Shown piece after piece: positions 27,884-41,601 of a stretch of 64,000 bases of DNA. The notes beneath the pieces were generated by a model. It did no database searches, was not told the origin of the DNA, and saw only the letters and a program-made list of their open reading frames with translations. The translations under genes were made by a program, and so were the position numbers. The stretch is from NCBI RefSeq assembly GCF_009914755.1, contig NC_060932.1. One strand, given 5' to 3'. Positions within the stretch are counted from its first letter, which is position 1. Each line of letters opens with the position of its first letter. Source of the stretch: the human T2T-CHM13v2.0 reference genome, Homo sapiens.

Positions 27884-29288
27884 TGACTTTTTAAATTTGC
27901 AAACCAGTAGATTTCATATCAGGGCAGGCTTATCAAGAAGCTTAAATAACTTAGAATGAGAAGACTTCCCTTCTGGCAATGTAATTTCCCATCTTGCTCA
28001 GAGATTAATACTTTAATCCTGGTATTGTTTGATTTATTATGCAATTCATATTCCTTACCAATTAATCTCTATTCTAAGAAGATTTTCACTAGTAGTTAAC
28101 AAACAATTTTATTAAATGACATGCCTCAAATATGACTTCTCTGTGTCTGGATGATTAATGTAACCCTAATTAGCATTAACTTCCTAAAAATTTTGGACTA
28201 GATTAGCCATTTTTTACTGACACTTGAGATTCTTATAGCGCTATTCGTAATTCAATAAATCTCAGTGTCAAGGAAACATCTAATATATGAAAACAAATAA
28301 TATAAATGTAGTGCATAGAGCATCAACAATAGCCATGTATGCCCACATGGAGCCATCATTTAAGATTTATTATAGATTCCATGTGGGTTTCCATGCTTTT
28401 AAAACACAGCCTCTGAGAGCAGAAGCCTAGACTGTGGAGTCTTCATACAGTTAAGGGTTTTCTACATGATAAAATTTGCTTCAGTCAGATGGATAAGAAT
28501 AAAATTTGGCAATTTAAATGTTAAAGGATTTTGAAGAAAGTAAGCCTTCTTCTTTCAAGGGACTTTCTTTTAACACTCCTTACCATCTTTCTTGCCCCCA
28601 CCCTGTACATCCTTCCAAAATATAACATAGAATAAATATACTATTTTTACTTTGTCTATTTGCTTCATTTTCACCAGGTCTTATAGGAAATAAAAATAAT
28701 TATTTTGTATAACATAATTTATGGCATCCTAATATGTGTCAGGGCCTCTTCTCTCTGCCGAGAATAGAATGCATAAATGGAGAACAATGTTGAAAACGTA
28801 TTTGTTTAGGAAGCCACGCTTCCCTTTTGATTGTCCTAGTCTAGTCACTTTTTCTTCAGGGACAGGGAGCTTCAGGCTCCAAAACCCAGTTTGACCAAAT
28901 GGCAAACAAAGACTTCCCACTGCCTTTTAATACTTTCATTTGCTGGCACAAAAGTCAACTATTTCCCCTGCAAGACCCAGACCTTCTGGGAGGACTTCCT
29001 GGTCTCTGATCCCATTTCCAATACAATGGGCTAGTTGGTCTTGTTAGTATGCGACACAGAGGATGCATTTGCTTAAAATGCCTCTTTTCCCTAAAAGTGT
29101 TATGTTAGCAAATTTCAAACCTACCTAGAGAAAAGTCACAAGAACAGCCCAATGAACACCCATATAAACTTCACCTAGATATACAATTATAAACATTCTG
29201 CATATTTGCCTTATCTATTCATATCTGTGTCTTAACATTAGATTGTCAGCTCCCTTAAAATAATGTCTGAGTATTTGTTCAATGATTT

Positions 29289-29814
29289 CTTATGGTTAAT
29301 TTTATGTTACAACTTGGCTAGGCTATGGTGCCCAGTTGTTTGGTCAAAGACCAGTCTAGATGTTGCCGTGAATGTATATTTTTAGCTGATTAACATTTCA
29401 ATCAATAGTTATTGATTCACTACCTTGGATAAAGCAGATTAACCTCCATAATGTGGGTGGGCCACATCCAATCAATTGAAGACCTTAAGAGCAAAAACTA
29501 AGGGTAACTGAGGAAGAAGGAATTCTCATGCAACGTAGAAATGCTGCCCAATTTTCCAGCTTGCCAGACTTCAGAATTAATACTAAAAATTGTAACATCA
29601 ATTTTTAAATTCATCTTCAGCTTGCCCTGCTGATCTTGAACCTGCTAGCTTCAGCCCCACAATCATGTTAGAAAATTTCTTAAACTCTTCTTAAAAAAAC
29701 ATACACACACATATATATATACACACACATATATATGCACACATATGAGAGCGAGAGAAGCTCTATATGTATCCTTCATATAACTATATATGTCCTGTAG
29801 TTTCTTACTAATAT
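29289..29814 (+). mobile_element. MLT2 (C/D-like) ERVL LTR with an internal (AC/AT)n tract
   Basis: ATGGTTAATTTTATGT...CTTGGCTAGGCTATGGTGCCCAGTTGTTTGGTCAAA...AATGTGGGTGGGCC. Confidence 0.8.
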
Positions 29815-30354
29815 AATCTATACATCATTAATATATTCTCAACAGGTAGCAGAGATCTGTGTACATATTAGAAATATGCTAGAGATGGTAATGGGTATTA
29901 AAGGAATGTGTTTTTGAAGAAACTAGACTTAATTTCCTCAAGGTCCTTCACTATTTGTCTCAATTATTTGCTAACTTTTTCATGGTCATTTTGCTCCTAC
30001 ATTTTGCTTCCCCCATCTTTCATAAATGTTTGCTTCAGAACTAGATTTGAGGAATAACTATTTAAGGTTTCTTTTATTTTGTATGCTGGATAAAAGACAT
30101 ACCAGAAATCTGTACACACAGAAACAAAAGTAATAGAACAGTAATAAGGTACTGGGAAATCTAATCCATCTTCATCAGCAGTATGACAGAAAGTATTTAT
30201 TCGGTTTCATTGATTCACTATGGTGACATAGTCTGAATCAGCACCCAGGCCCAAACATGGGCACCAAGTAATCAAAGCATGCAATGAGGATATGGGCACC
30301 AGATGGAAATTGAAAACAAAAGATAAAAATGCCCCAAAAAGAAAGGAAATGTAG

Positions 30355-33300
30355 AAGGATTCTGGGATGATGGCAAAGTAGGAAAGACCAAATATCCACC
30401 TTCCTGCTTAGACAACAATTGTACTTTCAAAATGTGTTAGAGTAAGTATTTTGGAAATCTGAAGTCTATCCCATGTCTTTCAACTTCCAGAGGAAGGCTT
30501 AGATAGTAAATTGTGTTTAATTTTGGTCTATTCCAGCTCTGAGCACAGTAACAAGTACCTAGTCCTGACACAAGCCCCACAGCACGAAGCCATGAACATG
30601 TTCCTGGAGCAGCTTGTATACAGCTAGCAGGAGCCAGGGTGGGCAATAAGGACCCTTTTCTCCAAATATCAGGGATCTGTCTTCTGATTTCTCATTGCTG
30701 CTTCTGATCACAGAGGAACAGATGAAGAGGTGGGCAGGCATCCTTGCATCTCCCTCCCTACTCTTACAAGCCTCTTCCCATAGGGCTGAAGTGACTTCCA
30801 GAGGATTTAAAGGCCAGCATATTTTTTTAAAATTTCATCATTTCTTTTCTTTTCTTATTGCATTTCCCCCTGTTTTTTTCCCATTTTAGGAGACACATAT
30901 CAATACCTAGGGTGTTAAAAAGCAACAGAAGAAAATAAGAAGTCACTGTGCATGCCGAGGGAAAGGCATAGGCTCAGAAAGACCAAAGAAGAAATTAAGT
31001 TTATATGTCAGGCTGATCACTGACACAGAAATAGCTGTCAATAGTCAAAAAACAAAAAACAAAAATAAACAAACCTTGAGGAAAGGGTAGTCCTATTTCT
31101 AGAGAGTTATCACGTTATTTGATTCAAATGTCTAGTTTTTAACCAAAAGAATCACCAGGCATATGTCTTAATCTGCTAAGGCTGCCATAACAAAATGCCA
31201 TATACTCGGTGATTTAAGCAACAAACAATTGTTTCTCACAGTTCTGGAGGCTAGAAGTCTGAGATCAGAGTGCCAGCATAGTTGAGTTCTTGGTGAGGGC
31301 TCTTTTCATGGTTTGCAGTGGAATGCCTGCTTGCTGTATCATCACATGGTAGAGAGAGAGATCGCTCATGCCTCTTTCTCTTTATATAAGGATATTAATC
31401 TCACCATTAAGGGCCCAAGTTTCATGCTCTAATCTAACCCTAATCACCTCCTAAAGACCTCACCTCCAAATAATATCCCATTGAAGAGTACAGTTTCAAC
31501 ATACAAATTATGGGGGGACACAAATATTCAGTCTATAGCAGTATACAAAGAAACAGAAAATAAGGCCCATTCCAAGGAAAATCAAGCAATCAATCAACAA
31601 AAACTATCTTTGAGAATGACCAGATGTAGGAATGTGGGATTAATAAATACAGACTTTAAAACAACTATCTTGAAGAACTGAAGGAAGATGTGGAGAAAGT
31701 CAAGAAAATAATTTATCAACAAAATGGAAACATCAATTTTTTAAAAAATAGATAGCCTAAAAAGACACCAATAAGAAATTTTGGAGCTGAAAATACAAGA
31801 AATTTAAAAAAAACAAAAGTCACTCACTGGAGAGATTCAAATGCAGATTTGAGCAAGCAGAAGAAAGAAATAAAAAAACTCAAGACAAAATAATAAAAAT
31901 TGACTTTGATGAAGAGAAAGAAAAAAGACTAAAGAACTGTGAAAAGAGCCTAAGGGACATGTGATACCCTACAGTGGACCAACATATGCACTGTGGGAGT
32001 TTCAAAAGGAGAAAAGAGAGACAAAGGGGCAGAGAGAATATTTAAAGAAGTAATAGCCCAAAACTTCCCAAATTAGATGAAAGATATGAACATAAATATG
32101 CAGGAAGCTTAGTGAACTCCAAGTAAGATGAACTAAAAGAGACCCACACCATGACACATTATAATCGAATTGTTGAAAGACAAAGAGAGAAAGTTTTGAG
32201 AAAGTTTGAAAAAAATAAGAGAGAAGCAATTTATTATATACAAAGTATCCTCAATCAGATTATGAGCAGATTTTTCATTAGAAACTTTGGAAGCCGGAAA
32301 TATTGAGGCCAATGTATTCAAAGTACTAAAGAGAAAAAAAAGGCAAAACCAAACCTGTCAGCCAAAAATCCTATATCTGACAAAACTGTCCTTCAAGTGA
32401 GGAAAATATTAAGACATTCCCAGATAAATAAAAGTGAAGGAATTCATCACTACTAGACCTGCCCCACAACAAATACTAAAAGAAATCCTGAAGGTTGAAA
32501 TAAAAATATAGTGGAAATTAATTAAAACTTTATAAAAAAATAAAAATCTCAGTGAAGGTAAAGGCATGAGCATTTTATTAAAGCTATTGTTAATTGACTT
32601 TGGTTTGTTACTCCACTTTTTTTCCTACATAATTGAAGAAAAATTTTTAAATTATTAGTGTAAAAACTAGTGTTATTGTAACTTTATTACTCCACACTTT
32701 TTCTATATAACTTTAGATACTAATACATTAAAAATGTTTTTAGACTCATCCTGCATAAAGATGTAATTTTGTGACATCAATAACTGAAAGAGGGTGGGAA
32801 TAACTATAAAGGAGTTTATATTGTGTATGTTATTGATGTTAAGCTGGTGAAAATTCAAATTAGACTGTTATAATTTTAGTATGTTAAATGTAATCCCATA
32901 GAAACTACAAAGAAAATAACTATAGAATTTGCACATAAAAAATGAGGAGAGAATTAAAACATTTCACTGCAAAAAAATCAACTTAAGATATTTCATATAA
33001 ATAGCAACCAAAGAGAGTAGGGTTGACTATAGTAATATCAGACAAAATCAACTTTAAATCAAAGACAATTACAAGAGAGAAATAAAAACACTATATATTA
33101 ATAAAAGTTTCAGTACAACAAGAATATATAACAGTTATAAGTATATACATCCTTATTAACAGGCCATCAAAATATATGAAGCAAAAATTTACAGATTGAG
33201 GGAGAAATAGATCTGGAGTAATAGAGACTTTTATACCCCACTCTCAGTAGTGGATAGAACAAACAGACGGAACATAAGTAAGGAAGTAGAGGACCTAGAA

Positions 33301-34270
33301 CAATAAACTAATTAGACTTAACGGATGTATACAGGACACTCTAACAGACATTCTTCTCAAGTGAACATGGGACATTTTACACGATAGACCATATCTATCT
33401 ATCTAGGCCACAAATGAAGTCTCAATGGACTTAAAAAGATAGCTATCATACAAAATATCTTCTATGGCCACAACAGGATAAAGTTAAAAATAAATAGCAG
33501 AAGAATAATTGAAAAATTCACAAATTCTTAGAAAATAAGCAACACACTCTTAAACAATCAATGAATCAAAGAAGAAATAACAGGGAAAGTTAGAAAATAC
33601 TTACAAATGAATGAAAATGAAAACACAACATAGAAAAACTTATAGGACACAGCAGGAGTGGTTGCTATGGAAGAAATTTACAGCTGTAAACACTTAAGCA
33701 TTTTTCACAATAGTAAAAACACGGAAGCATTAAACAGATGAACGGAAAAGAAAATGTGGTATATCCATATAATGGAATATTATTCAACCTTTAAAAGGCA
33801 GAAAATTTGGAAGCATGCCACAACATAGGTGAATCTTGAGGACAGGATGCTATATGAAATGAGTCACAAAAAGACATACTGTACAATTCCACTTATATAA
33901 GGTACCTAAAAAAGTGTAATTTATAGAGACAGAGAGTGGAATTGTACTTATTAGGGGTTGAAGGAAGGGTGAAATTGGGTATTTTTTGTTTAATGGACAA
34001 AGAGTTTCAGTTTTGCAAGGTGAAAGAGCCCTGGAGATGGACAGTGGGGATGGATGCAAAACCATTTTAAAGTATATAATTCAGTGGCATTAAGTACATT
34101 CATACTAATGTATACATGTACCTAATACCACTGAATTGTATATATGTACTTAATACCACTGAATTGTATATATGTACTTAATACCACTGAATTGTATACG
34201 TTAAAATGTTTGAAATTGTATACTTTATGTTATGTGTATTTTACAGGAATCAAAAACATTTTATTAAAGT
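30355..34270 (+). mobile_element. Old L1 (L1M4/L1MB-like): 5' UTR, ORF1 and endonuclease remnants joined to the 3' end
   Basis: 5'-end-like GATGGCAAAGTAGGAAAG; ORF1-like AAAACTTCCCAAAT and ACCACTAGACCTGCC-type motifs; ORF2-EN-like TAATATCAGACAAAAT and TTCTTCTCAAGTG; jumps near 33693 to L1MB 3' motifs (AATGTGGTATATCCATATAATGGAATATTATTC). No intact ORF. Confidence 0.75.
31164..31540 (-). mobile_element. MLT1A-like MaLR LTR inserted in the L1
   Basis: TGTCTTAATC...GGCTGCCATAACAAAATGCCA...AAATATTCAGTCTATAGCA; near-TSD GCATA/GTATA. Confidence 0.85.
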
Positions 34271-34273
34271 CAT

Positions 34274-34612
34274 AAAGAAAAAAGGAAGAAAAGGAGGAAG
34301 GAAGAAAGAAAGGAAAGAAAGGAGGGGGGAGGAAGGAATAAAAGGAGCAAAGAAGTGAGGGAGGGAGGGAGGAAGGAAGGAAGGAAAAATGGAAGTGAGG
34401 AAGGAAGGGAGAGAGGAAGGAAGGAAAGAAGGAAGGAGAAAACAAAGGGAGGGAGGGAGGAAGGAAAAAAGGAAGGAAGGGAGGGAGGAGGGAAAAAAGG
34501 AAGGGAAGAAGGAAGGAAGGAAAAAGGGAAGGAAGGAAGGGAGGGAGGGAGGGAGGGACGAAGGAAGGAAGCAAGGAAGAAAGGAAGGAAGGAAGGAAAC
34601 AAAAGAAAGAGC
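34274..34612. repeat. (GGAA/GGGA)-rich polypurine tract
   Basis: About 340 bp almost entirely A/G on the plus strand. Confidence 0.95.
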
Positions 34613-36419
34613 AAGCAGAATGGACCGATTAAATTAAGGTTCTCAAGCAAGCAATGCCTGAGATCAGTTAGAAAGACCGGGGAATCATCCACCTGAGAAC
34701 TTCAGGCAGATCAGATGAGCGTGCCTCAAAATGTCTTTTTATTCTTGATGTCCTTTCTTAGATTCTGTTCCTCTATTAGGTTTTGCTAACACACTGTCTA
34801 GGATAAATACTTTTTTAAGGGCCTGGGAGGGAGGCAGGGAAACAGATTCCAAAATACAGGTACAAAACTCCAACACAACAACAAAAAAAGTTAATACATA
34901 TTTAATTAAATATCTACACACTATTTTGTGATGTCAACTATTTAACTGCAATTCAATTGAACTCTTAAACAGTAGCATATAAATTACACTTGAATATGGA
35001 ATGGCCCAACTTTAAATAATTTGGTAACATGGGGATGAGCCTTTTAAGAGAAAGAGAATCAAAGGCCTACAAAAATATTTTGGTTTTACTCCAACTCAGA
35101 GACTAACATTCCTGGGCTTGATCCTGCTGTTTTCTGTAGGTTTTTACAAATCTAGCACCTTTTAAATAGAAATAAAATAAAAATAAAAAAGAAGGGAAAA
35201 TAATACTTTATTTTAAGCTATATAAATCAGGGCAGGGAAATTTCTAGATCCATTTGTGTTCCTTCGAACTGTGTAAAATATCTTAAAGTTTAAATTCCAC
35301 ATTTTTCACATTAACTTTAAACCTTTAAAAATGTCCTTTGTGTAGAAAATCCATGGGTAAATTGGAGAGAGAAATCAGTTTGTCTTGTTTCCTGAGTTCC
35401 CAGATGGAAGCAAACGAAAGGGAGCACAGGATGAAGAAGTGGCCACCATTGTACATGCACAGGTAAAAACGAATCCAGGAAGGTAGTGGATGAATGTGGT
35501 GCTGATTGCCCAGCAGGACAAACAATTTTGTTTTATTTGATAGTGTGTACAGAATATACTTGTCTTTGAAATGTTTTTAAACTTTTGGCAGCTGAGGCTT
35601 CTGTTTCGTGCTTCTAATCCCAAGCATTTGAATATGACGTTATTTAAACATGGGATCCAAGATAAAATAGGCATCTTTGGGATGAAAATTAGCCAGCTGC
35701 CAGGAAGTAAGGGTTTTGCAATAAACAACTGAGATTGCTGTCCCTTGCCCAGCCTGGAGACTTCTCAGCAAGCCCAGGAAGCATCTGTTCTGCATCTCCT
35801 GAGAATGTTCCTTCCATGCAGAGCGACCATCACTGACCTCTTTGTGGAAAGGCGATAAAGCCAACTTACAAGCCTAACATTGTTCACGTCCTTTGTGGTA
35901 AAAATGTTAAGATTTCAGTCACACTTATATTAATGAAAAGCATAGCATTTAACATCACTATTGTAACTTCATCATTAAATAAACCAATTGTATTAAAGTG
36001 GAAATAATAAAATGAATAAAGTAACACGAAGTGTCAGTGAGATTATGTGATATCTGTCAAGGTAGTTTAGAAACTATAAATCATTAAAATATTTCCTCGA
36101 TACCTATCCTACCATTAAAAGTGATTTTTCTATTTTGATAGAATCAAAAGCATAAATGGCATAAGCCTTGGATTTTGGTTTCAATACTATTGTTTTGTCT
36201 GGCATCCATAAGCATCATAGATTGACAGTCACAGGTAGAATAAGCCATCACCTTTGAGGACCATCACAATAGAGTATAAAAAATAGCTCAATGAGAAGGA
36301 TAAAGAAATATTACTAAAATAGCAGCATTAAGGACTTTTACATGTAATATTAAATAACCTTTAAAATAAACAGAAAATTTTCTAATTTATTGACACAATT
36401 TCATAGAAGCGTTACACAT

Positions 36420-36840
36420 GATAACCTAGAACTGGAAAAAGCACAAATGTTCATCAATAGATGAACAGACAAACAATCTGTGCTATAAATATAAAATAGA
36501 ATAATACTCTTCAGCACCAAATGGGAATGAACTAGTGATTCACATGTGCATGGACAGAACCCAAAACATAATGCTTAGTGAAATAAAGCAGACCCAAATA
36601 CTACAAACTATGATTTCATTTACAAATGATGATTTCATTTATGTGAAGTTCTAGAATAGATCAAAGTAATCAATAGTGACAGAATGCAGATTAGTGTTTG
36701 CTTGGGGTGAAGAGTGAGGGTTGATTTCAGAGAGGCCCAGGGGACATTTGTGGTGATGCAAATGTTTCATATCTTGATGGTGGTGCTAGTTTTGTGAGTG
36801 TATATATTTATATTGCTATAGGTAATTGCATGTTTAAGTA
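36420..36840 (+). mobile_element. L1ME-like 3' fragment
   Basis: AAATGTTCATCAATAGATGAACAGAC...ATTTATGTGAAGTTCTAGAATAG...ATATCTTGATGGTGGTG. Confidence 0.65.
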
Positions 36841-36897
36841 GTTAGATAAACAGTTGGCTTTGTACTGTTCAATGAATTTTAAAGCCCATTTCTTTCC

Positions 36898-37112
36898 AGA
36901 GCTACACGGTTCAGTACAGTAGACACAGCCACATGGGGCTACTTAATTTAAATAAAAGTAGCTAAAATTAAATAATAGTTCAAATTTAGTTTCTGAGTTG
37001 TCCTTGCTGCATTTCATATATTCAATAGCCCTATGTGGCTAGGAGTTATCATATAAGATAGTGCAATATAGAATAGTTTCAACATTGCAGAAATTTCCAC
37101 TGGACAGTGCCA
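36898..37112. mobile_element. MER33/MER3-like hAT-Charlie DNA transposon remnant
   Basis: AGCCACATGGGGCTAC...TTCAATAGCCCTATGTGGCTAG...CATTGCAGAAATTTCCACTGGACAGTGC. Confidence 0.7.
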
Positions 37113-38287
37113 GTTTAGAACATACATGAAGACTTTTCAAAATGTATTTCACTGTAAAATTATCATCACTGAATTGTGTATCCAAGCTCAGCATTTGGGT
37201 AATGATGTTCTAGATTGCTGATTCCAACCTTTTTACACATCTGAGAATTGATTCTAGGTATAATGTCATATAAAGTGAACTTCTTATTTCAAATATTTTG
37301 TCTTAAATCTTGTATTACCCAATTCAGTGTATAAATTATTTCTGTATAATGATACATTTACAAATGCTCAGTCTGACTGCTTCCCTCTCATTTGTGACAC
37401 AATAAGACTCTTAAGGCAAGACAGTTCCCTGGATGTTCAGGACCAGCTGACAGAGTCAAGAGCTGGTGTACAGAACCAAGTCCAGCCTAGTTTCCCTTCC
37501 AGTTTATTACAATTCCAAAGAGCCTCTGCGAGTTTAGGAGCATAGGTAGAAGACGCCAATTACACCAACCACAGTGGGTGAAAAAGAACAGAAAATAAGT
37601 TATTTATTGAGAAAAAGAATGAATGAATAAATGATGAATTCCTATAGTGTGTTGATTAAAGTTATCTGAGATATGTGATAAGTTCCAAACATGATCTTGA
37701 GAAAATCTTTGTTAAAATCCTGTAATAAAAAGGTGGAAACTTTTCCAATTTTACAAACACAAAGATATATGGAACCTATAAACGCTTTTATTTATGGAAA
37801 ACATGAAACTAAGAAAACTTCCACAAGTTAGAGGAAACAATACTAGATTTTCCCAGGAAAACTCTTATCCTTGAATTTAAGCTGAGCTACTCATCAATAT
37901 TTAAGCATGCATAGCATTGCAAGTTCAAAGTAATATGACTTCTGGCTTTTATGAATGTATAACTATAATTAATACAATCCAATATTTAAAAATGTGTTCA
38001 GGTTTAAAAAGAATATTTCATTTTAAACCATATGTTCACAACTTGGTCATTCATCATATGGTATGCAATGCCTGTTGCTTACAGGTAGGTTTGACAGTCT
38101 ATCAGATAATAACACACGTATCTTTTGTATGTTTTATTACTGCTTAAGTTAATCCTGATGTGGTCCAAATTAGAAATCTCGAAAACATAAAACTTCAGAA
38201 GAAAACATGACATTTTCAGGTTAGACTCATACTATTTGAAAAATGTTAGCAAAAACTCAATTATGCAGATCAAAGCAAAGACAGCTC

Positions 38288-38631
<344 letters not shown>

Positions 38632-40054
38632 TCATGGTTCATAAATATACTTTTAAAATTATTATAATATATAGATATATAAACTTTTAATGTGCCCATA
38701 CTTTTCATTATTAAGAATTTGCAAATTATAATATGTTTAGTTAACACATTTTTGGGAAGCAATTATTTATTGCATTGTATTGTCCTAGATCTTGAGGAAG
38801 AGACCCAGTAAATAATAGAAATCTTTTTTTAGAGGCACCTGAACTTCAGTTGGCAATGATTTAGAGGTAGTTCGCACCCAGATGGTTAAGGATTGCTTAT
38901 GATGTATTTTCATCAATATGTCATATCTTTCATAAATATTATTTTAATATTTTCTACTTAATAATTAGAAAATAAAAAGCTTATTACTTCTTGTTTAAAA
39001 AGCAAATCTCTAATCCTCTATGGAATTCATGTCTTCTTATTATTAAAATTATATTTGCTAAAGTTAACTGACTTCTGCGTGACCCCAGCCCTGTACTGAT
39101 CAGAGCAGGGAGGAGAAGAGCTTATCCCTGTGTCACCTCCATCTCTGCACAATGTCCGACATCCTAAGATTTTATAACTTCATTTCTTTCCAGCAGCCTG
39201 GGCTTGCTGTGCTTCCACAATGTGGAGAGCTGGATAAAGTAAAATGCCATTCAATAAGTATCATGCCTCTGAGTATTGTAAGGGTTAATTCAATTGTGAC
39301 ATGATAAGAACAAAATAACCAGAGATTAGAGAATTTTAGAACTTTGTTTTCAACACAGTGCAAACTTAATATTTAATCTACAATCAATATTATTTCAAAA
39401 ACCACAGAGGCTTATCCCCCCAGGGCGTGAAGTCCTTTCACATCGAGACTGTGTTCTTCTTCTAATGGCTGTCACGGATGAACTCCGACCGTAACACACC
39501 ATTTAATAGCATCTGAAAAGGGATTTCAAGAGACAGTTCGGCCATTGGAAATATCACTGGCTTAGTAACTTTTATGGTGATTTAATCATATAGGCTTGTT
39601 GACAATGTTTACGTACCAAAGTATTGAAGACTGACATCAGGCTGCTCTGTCACAAGTCAGCCTAAAGTTGAGACACGTATGCTGATGCCAAAGACACTGC
39701 CTGTCTAAATAACGAGATTTCCAAACCTATGACTGAGAGTTAGGCTTGATAATTAAAAGTTGTTTACAAAGATTCCTCTTGTCAGATACATTCATTATCT
39801 TTTCACTGAATTCAGTATTACATGAAAGCGTTTTGGAATATCCTGCCAGTAACTCTGCAAAAATTCCAAATTCTTGTTTAGACACCATCTGTGCAGTAAA
39901 AGTTAGACAATACACATTACAGGAAAGTTTTATGGAAGTTTTTTCCCTGCTGCCATTGTTACTTCATTCAATAACTTAGATTTTTAAGTCTGTGAAGAGG
40001 AGTTCCATGTTTCAAAGTGTCAACCTTGCCTAACACAGTGTTCCATGATACAGT

Positions 40055-40253
40055 AAGTCTCTTCACAGCCTGGTCCATTGTCTAGGAGCATCAGCCTCAC
40101 CTGGGTCTTCAGAAAGTCAAATTCTCAGGTCCCGACATAGATAAACTGAATTAGAAAATGTTTGAGCATAACAATATGTGTTTTTGCAAGCCCTGCAGGT
40201 AGGATGACTCACTATGATTGTGATGCCCACTTACCTGTGAGAACCTCTGGACT
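40055..40253. mobile_element. MER5A-like DNA transposon remnant
   Basis: AGCATCAGCCTCACCTGGG...AAATTCTCAGGTCCC...TGAGAACCTCTGGACTA. Confidence 0.65.
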
Positions 40254-40815
40254 ATAAGAGCCTCAGGGTACTGTGATCTACCTAAAGCTGGAGTCTCTCT
40301 GTGACAAGGAACCCTATGCACCATTGCTGAACATCTCCAGAAACATGGAACTCAGCACCCCAAAAGTAACTCATTGAGTCTTCAGAGTTCTTAGAAATGT
40401 TAAAAAGCATCTTCTGATTAGAAGCCAAAAATCTTTAAAACCCAAATGATGGCAGTTTCCACACTTAGGTGCTTAATTCTAAACAATATGTTCTGAATTT
40501 TAGTTTAAAATAATGAGCAAACACGTCATTTTATGCAAATTATCTTTCTCGTATCTGAAATAATTTCTCCAGTCAGTCAAAATTCCCTTTTAAAATGTGT
40601 TAGAAATTCACTCTATTAAATTGCAAGTGAATTCTGGTCCTCACACTTGACATATATGAGGCCTTAGAAAATAATAGTACTGGTGCTTCCACAGGAAGTG
40701 TGGAAGGCGGTGCCACTTTGTAAGTCATCTTTGAAAACCAGTCTTGACTCACTGACATTGGTCATTGGCTTGAAGCATTTCAAGCAGCATTCCTCCTCCC
40801 TGCTGTTGTTACTGA

Positions 40816-41145
<330 letters not shown>

Positions 41146-41601
41146 TAACAAAGAGTTTTAAAAATTGAAATAATAATGTTTTAAATAATTTACTGACATC
41201 AAAAGCTTTAGAATAAATAATGCTTTTACTGGTTCACAGGCAAGTATACCTTGATGCACAGGAAAAATTAGTTGGAAATCCAAAAACGTAAAAATAAAAA
41301 TGATGATTAAACTTAGGTGCCTTTTTAAACCCAAAAGTGAGTGGGACCCCGAGTGAGCAGGGGCTGGCAGCCTGGCAAGTCCACCAAGAAGCCCCTTGGT
41401 GAGTTACCGTCACTGCTTCTGCATGAAATTCTTTTCTTCACCAGGATTTTATTGTCCAGTCTATGAATATGAATTTTACATACAACAATAAAAGGAACCA
41501 TAAATAGAAAAATATTTCTATAAGCAAAATACATGGAAGTAATTTAAATATATGCCTACTTGATAGAATATTTTGCTGTCCTTAAAAGGAACATGGGGAA
41601 G

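Noticed and set aside
34116-34199. 28-bp repeats as a CRISPR-like array
   Set aside because: Head-to-tail copies with no spacers, derived from L1 3' UTR, in a primate genome with no cas genes.
34230-34696. Long Pro/Ser/Phe- or Arg/Glu/Gly-rich ORFs
   Set aside because: Artefacts of the stop-poor polypurine repeat.
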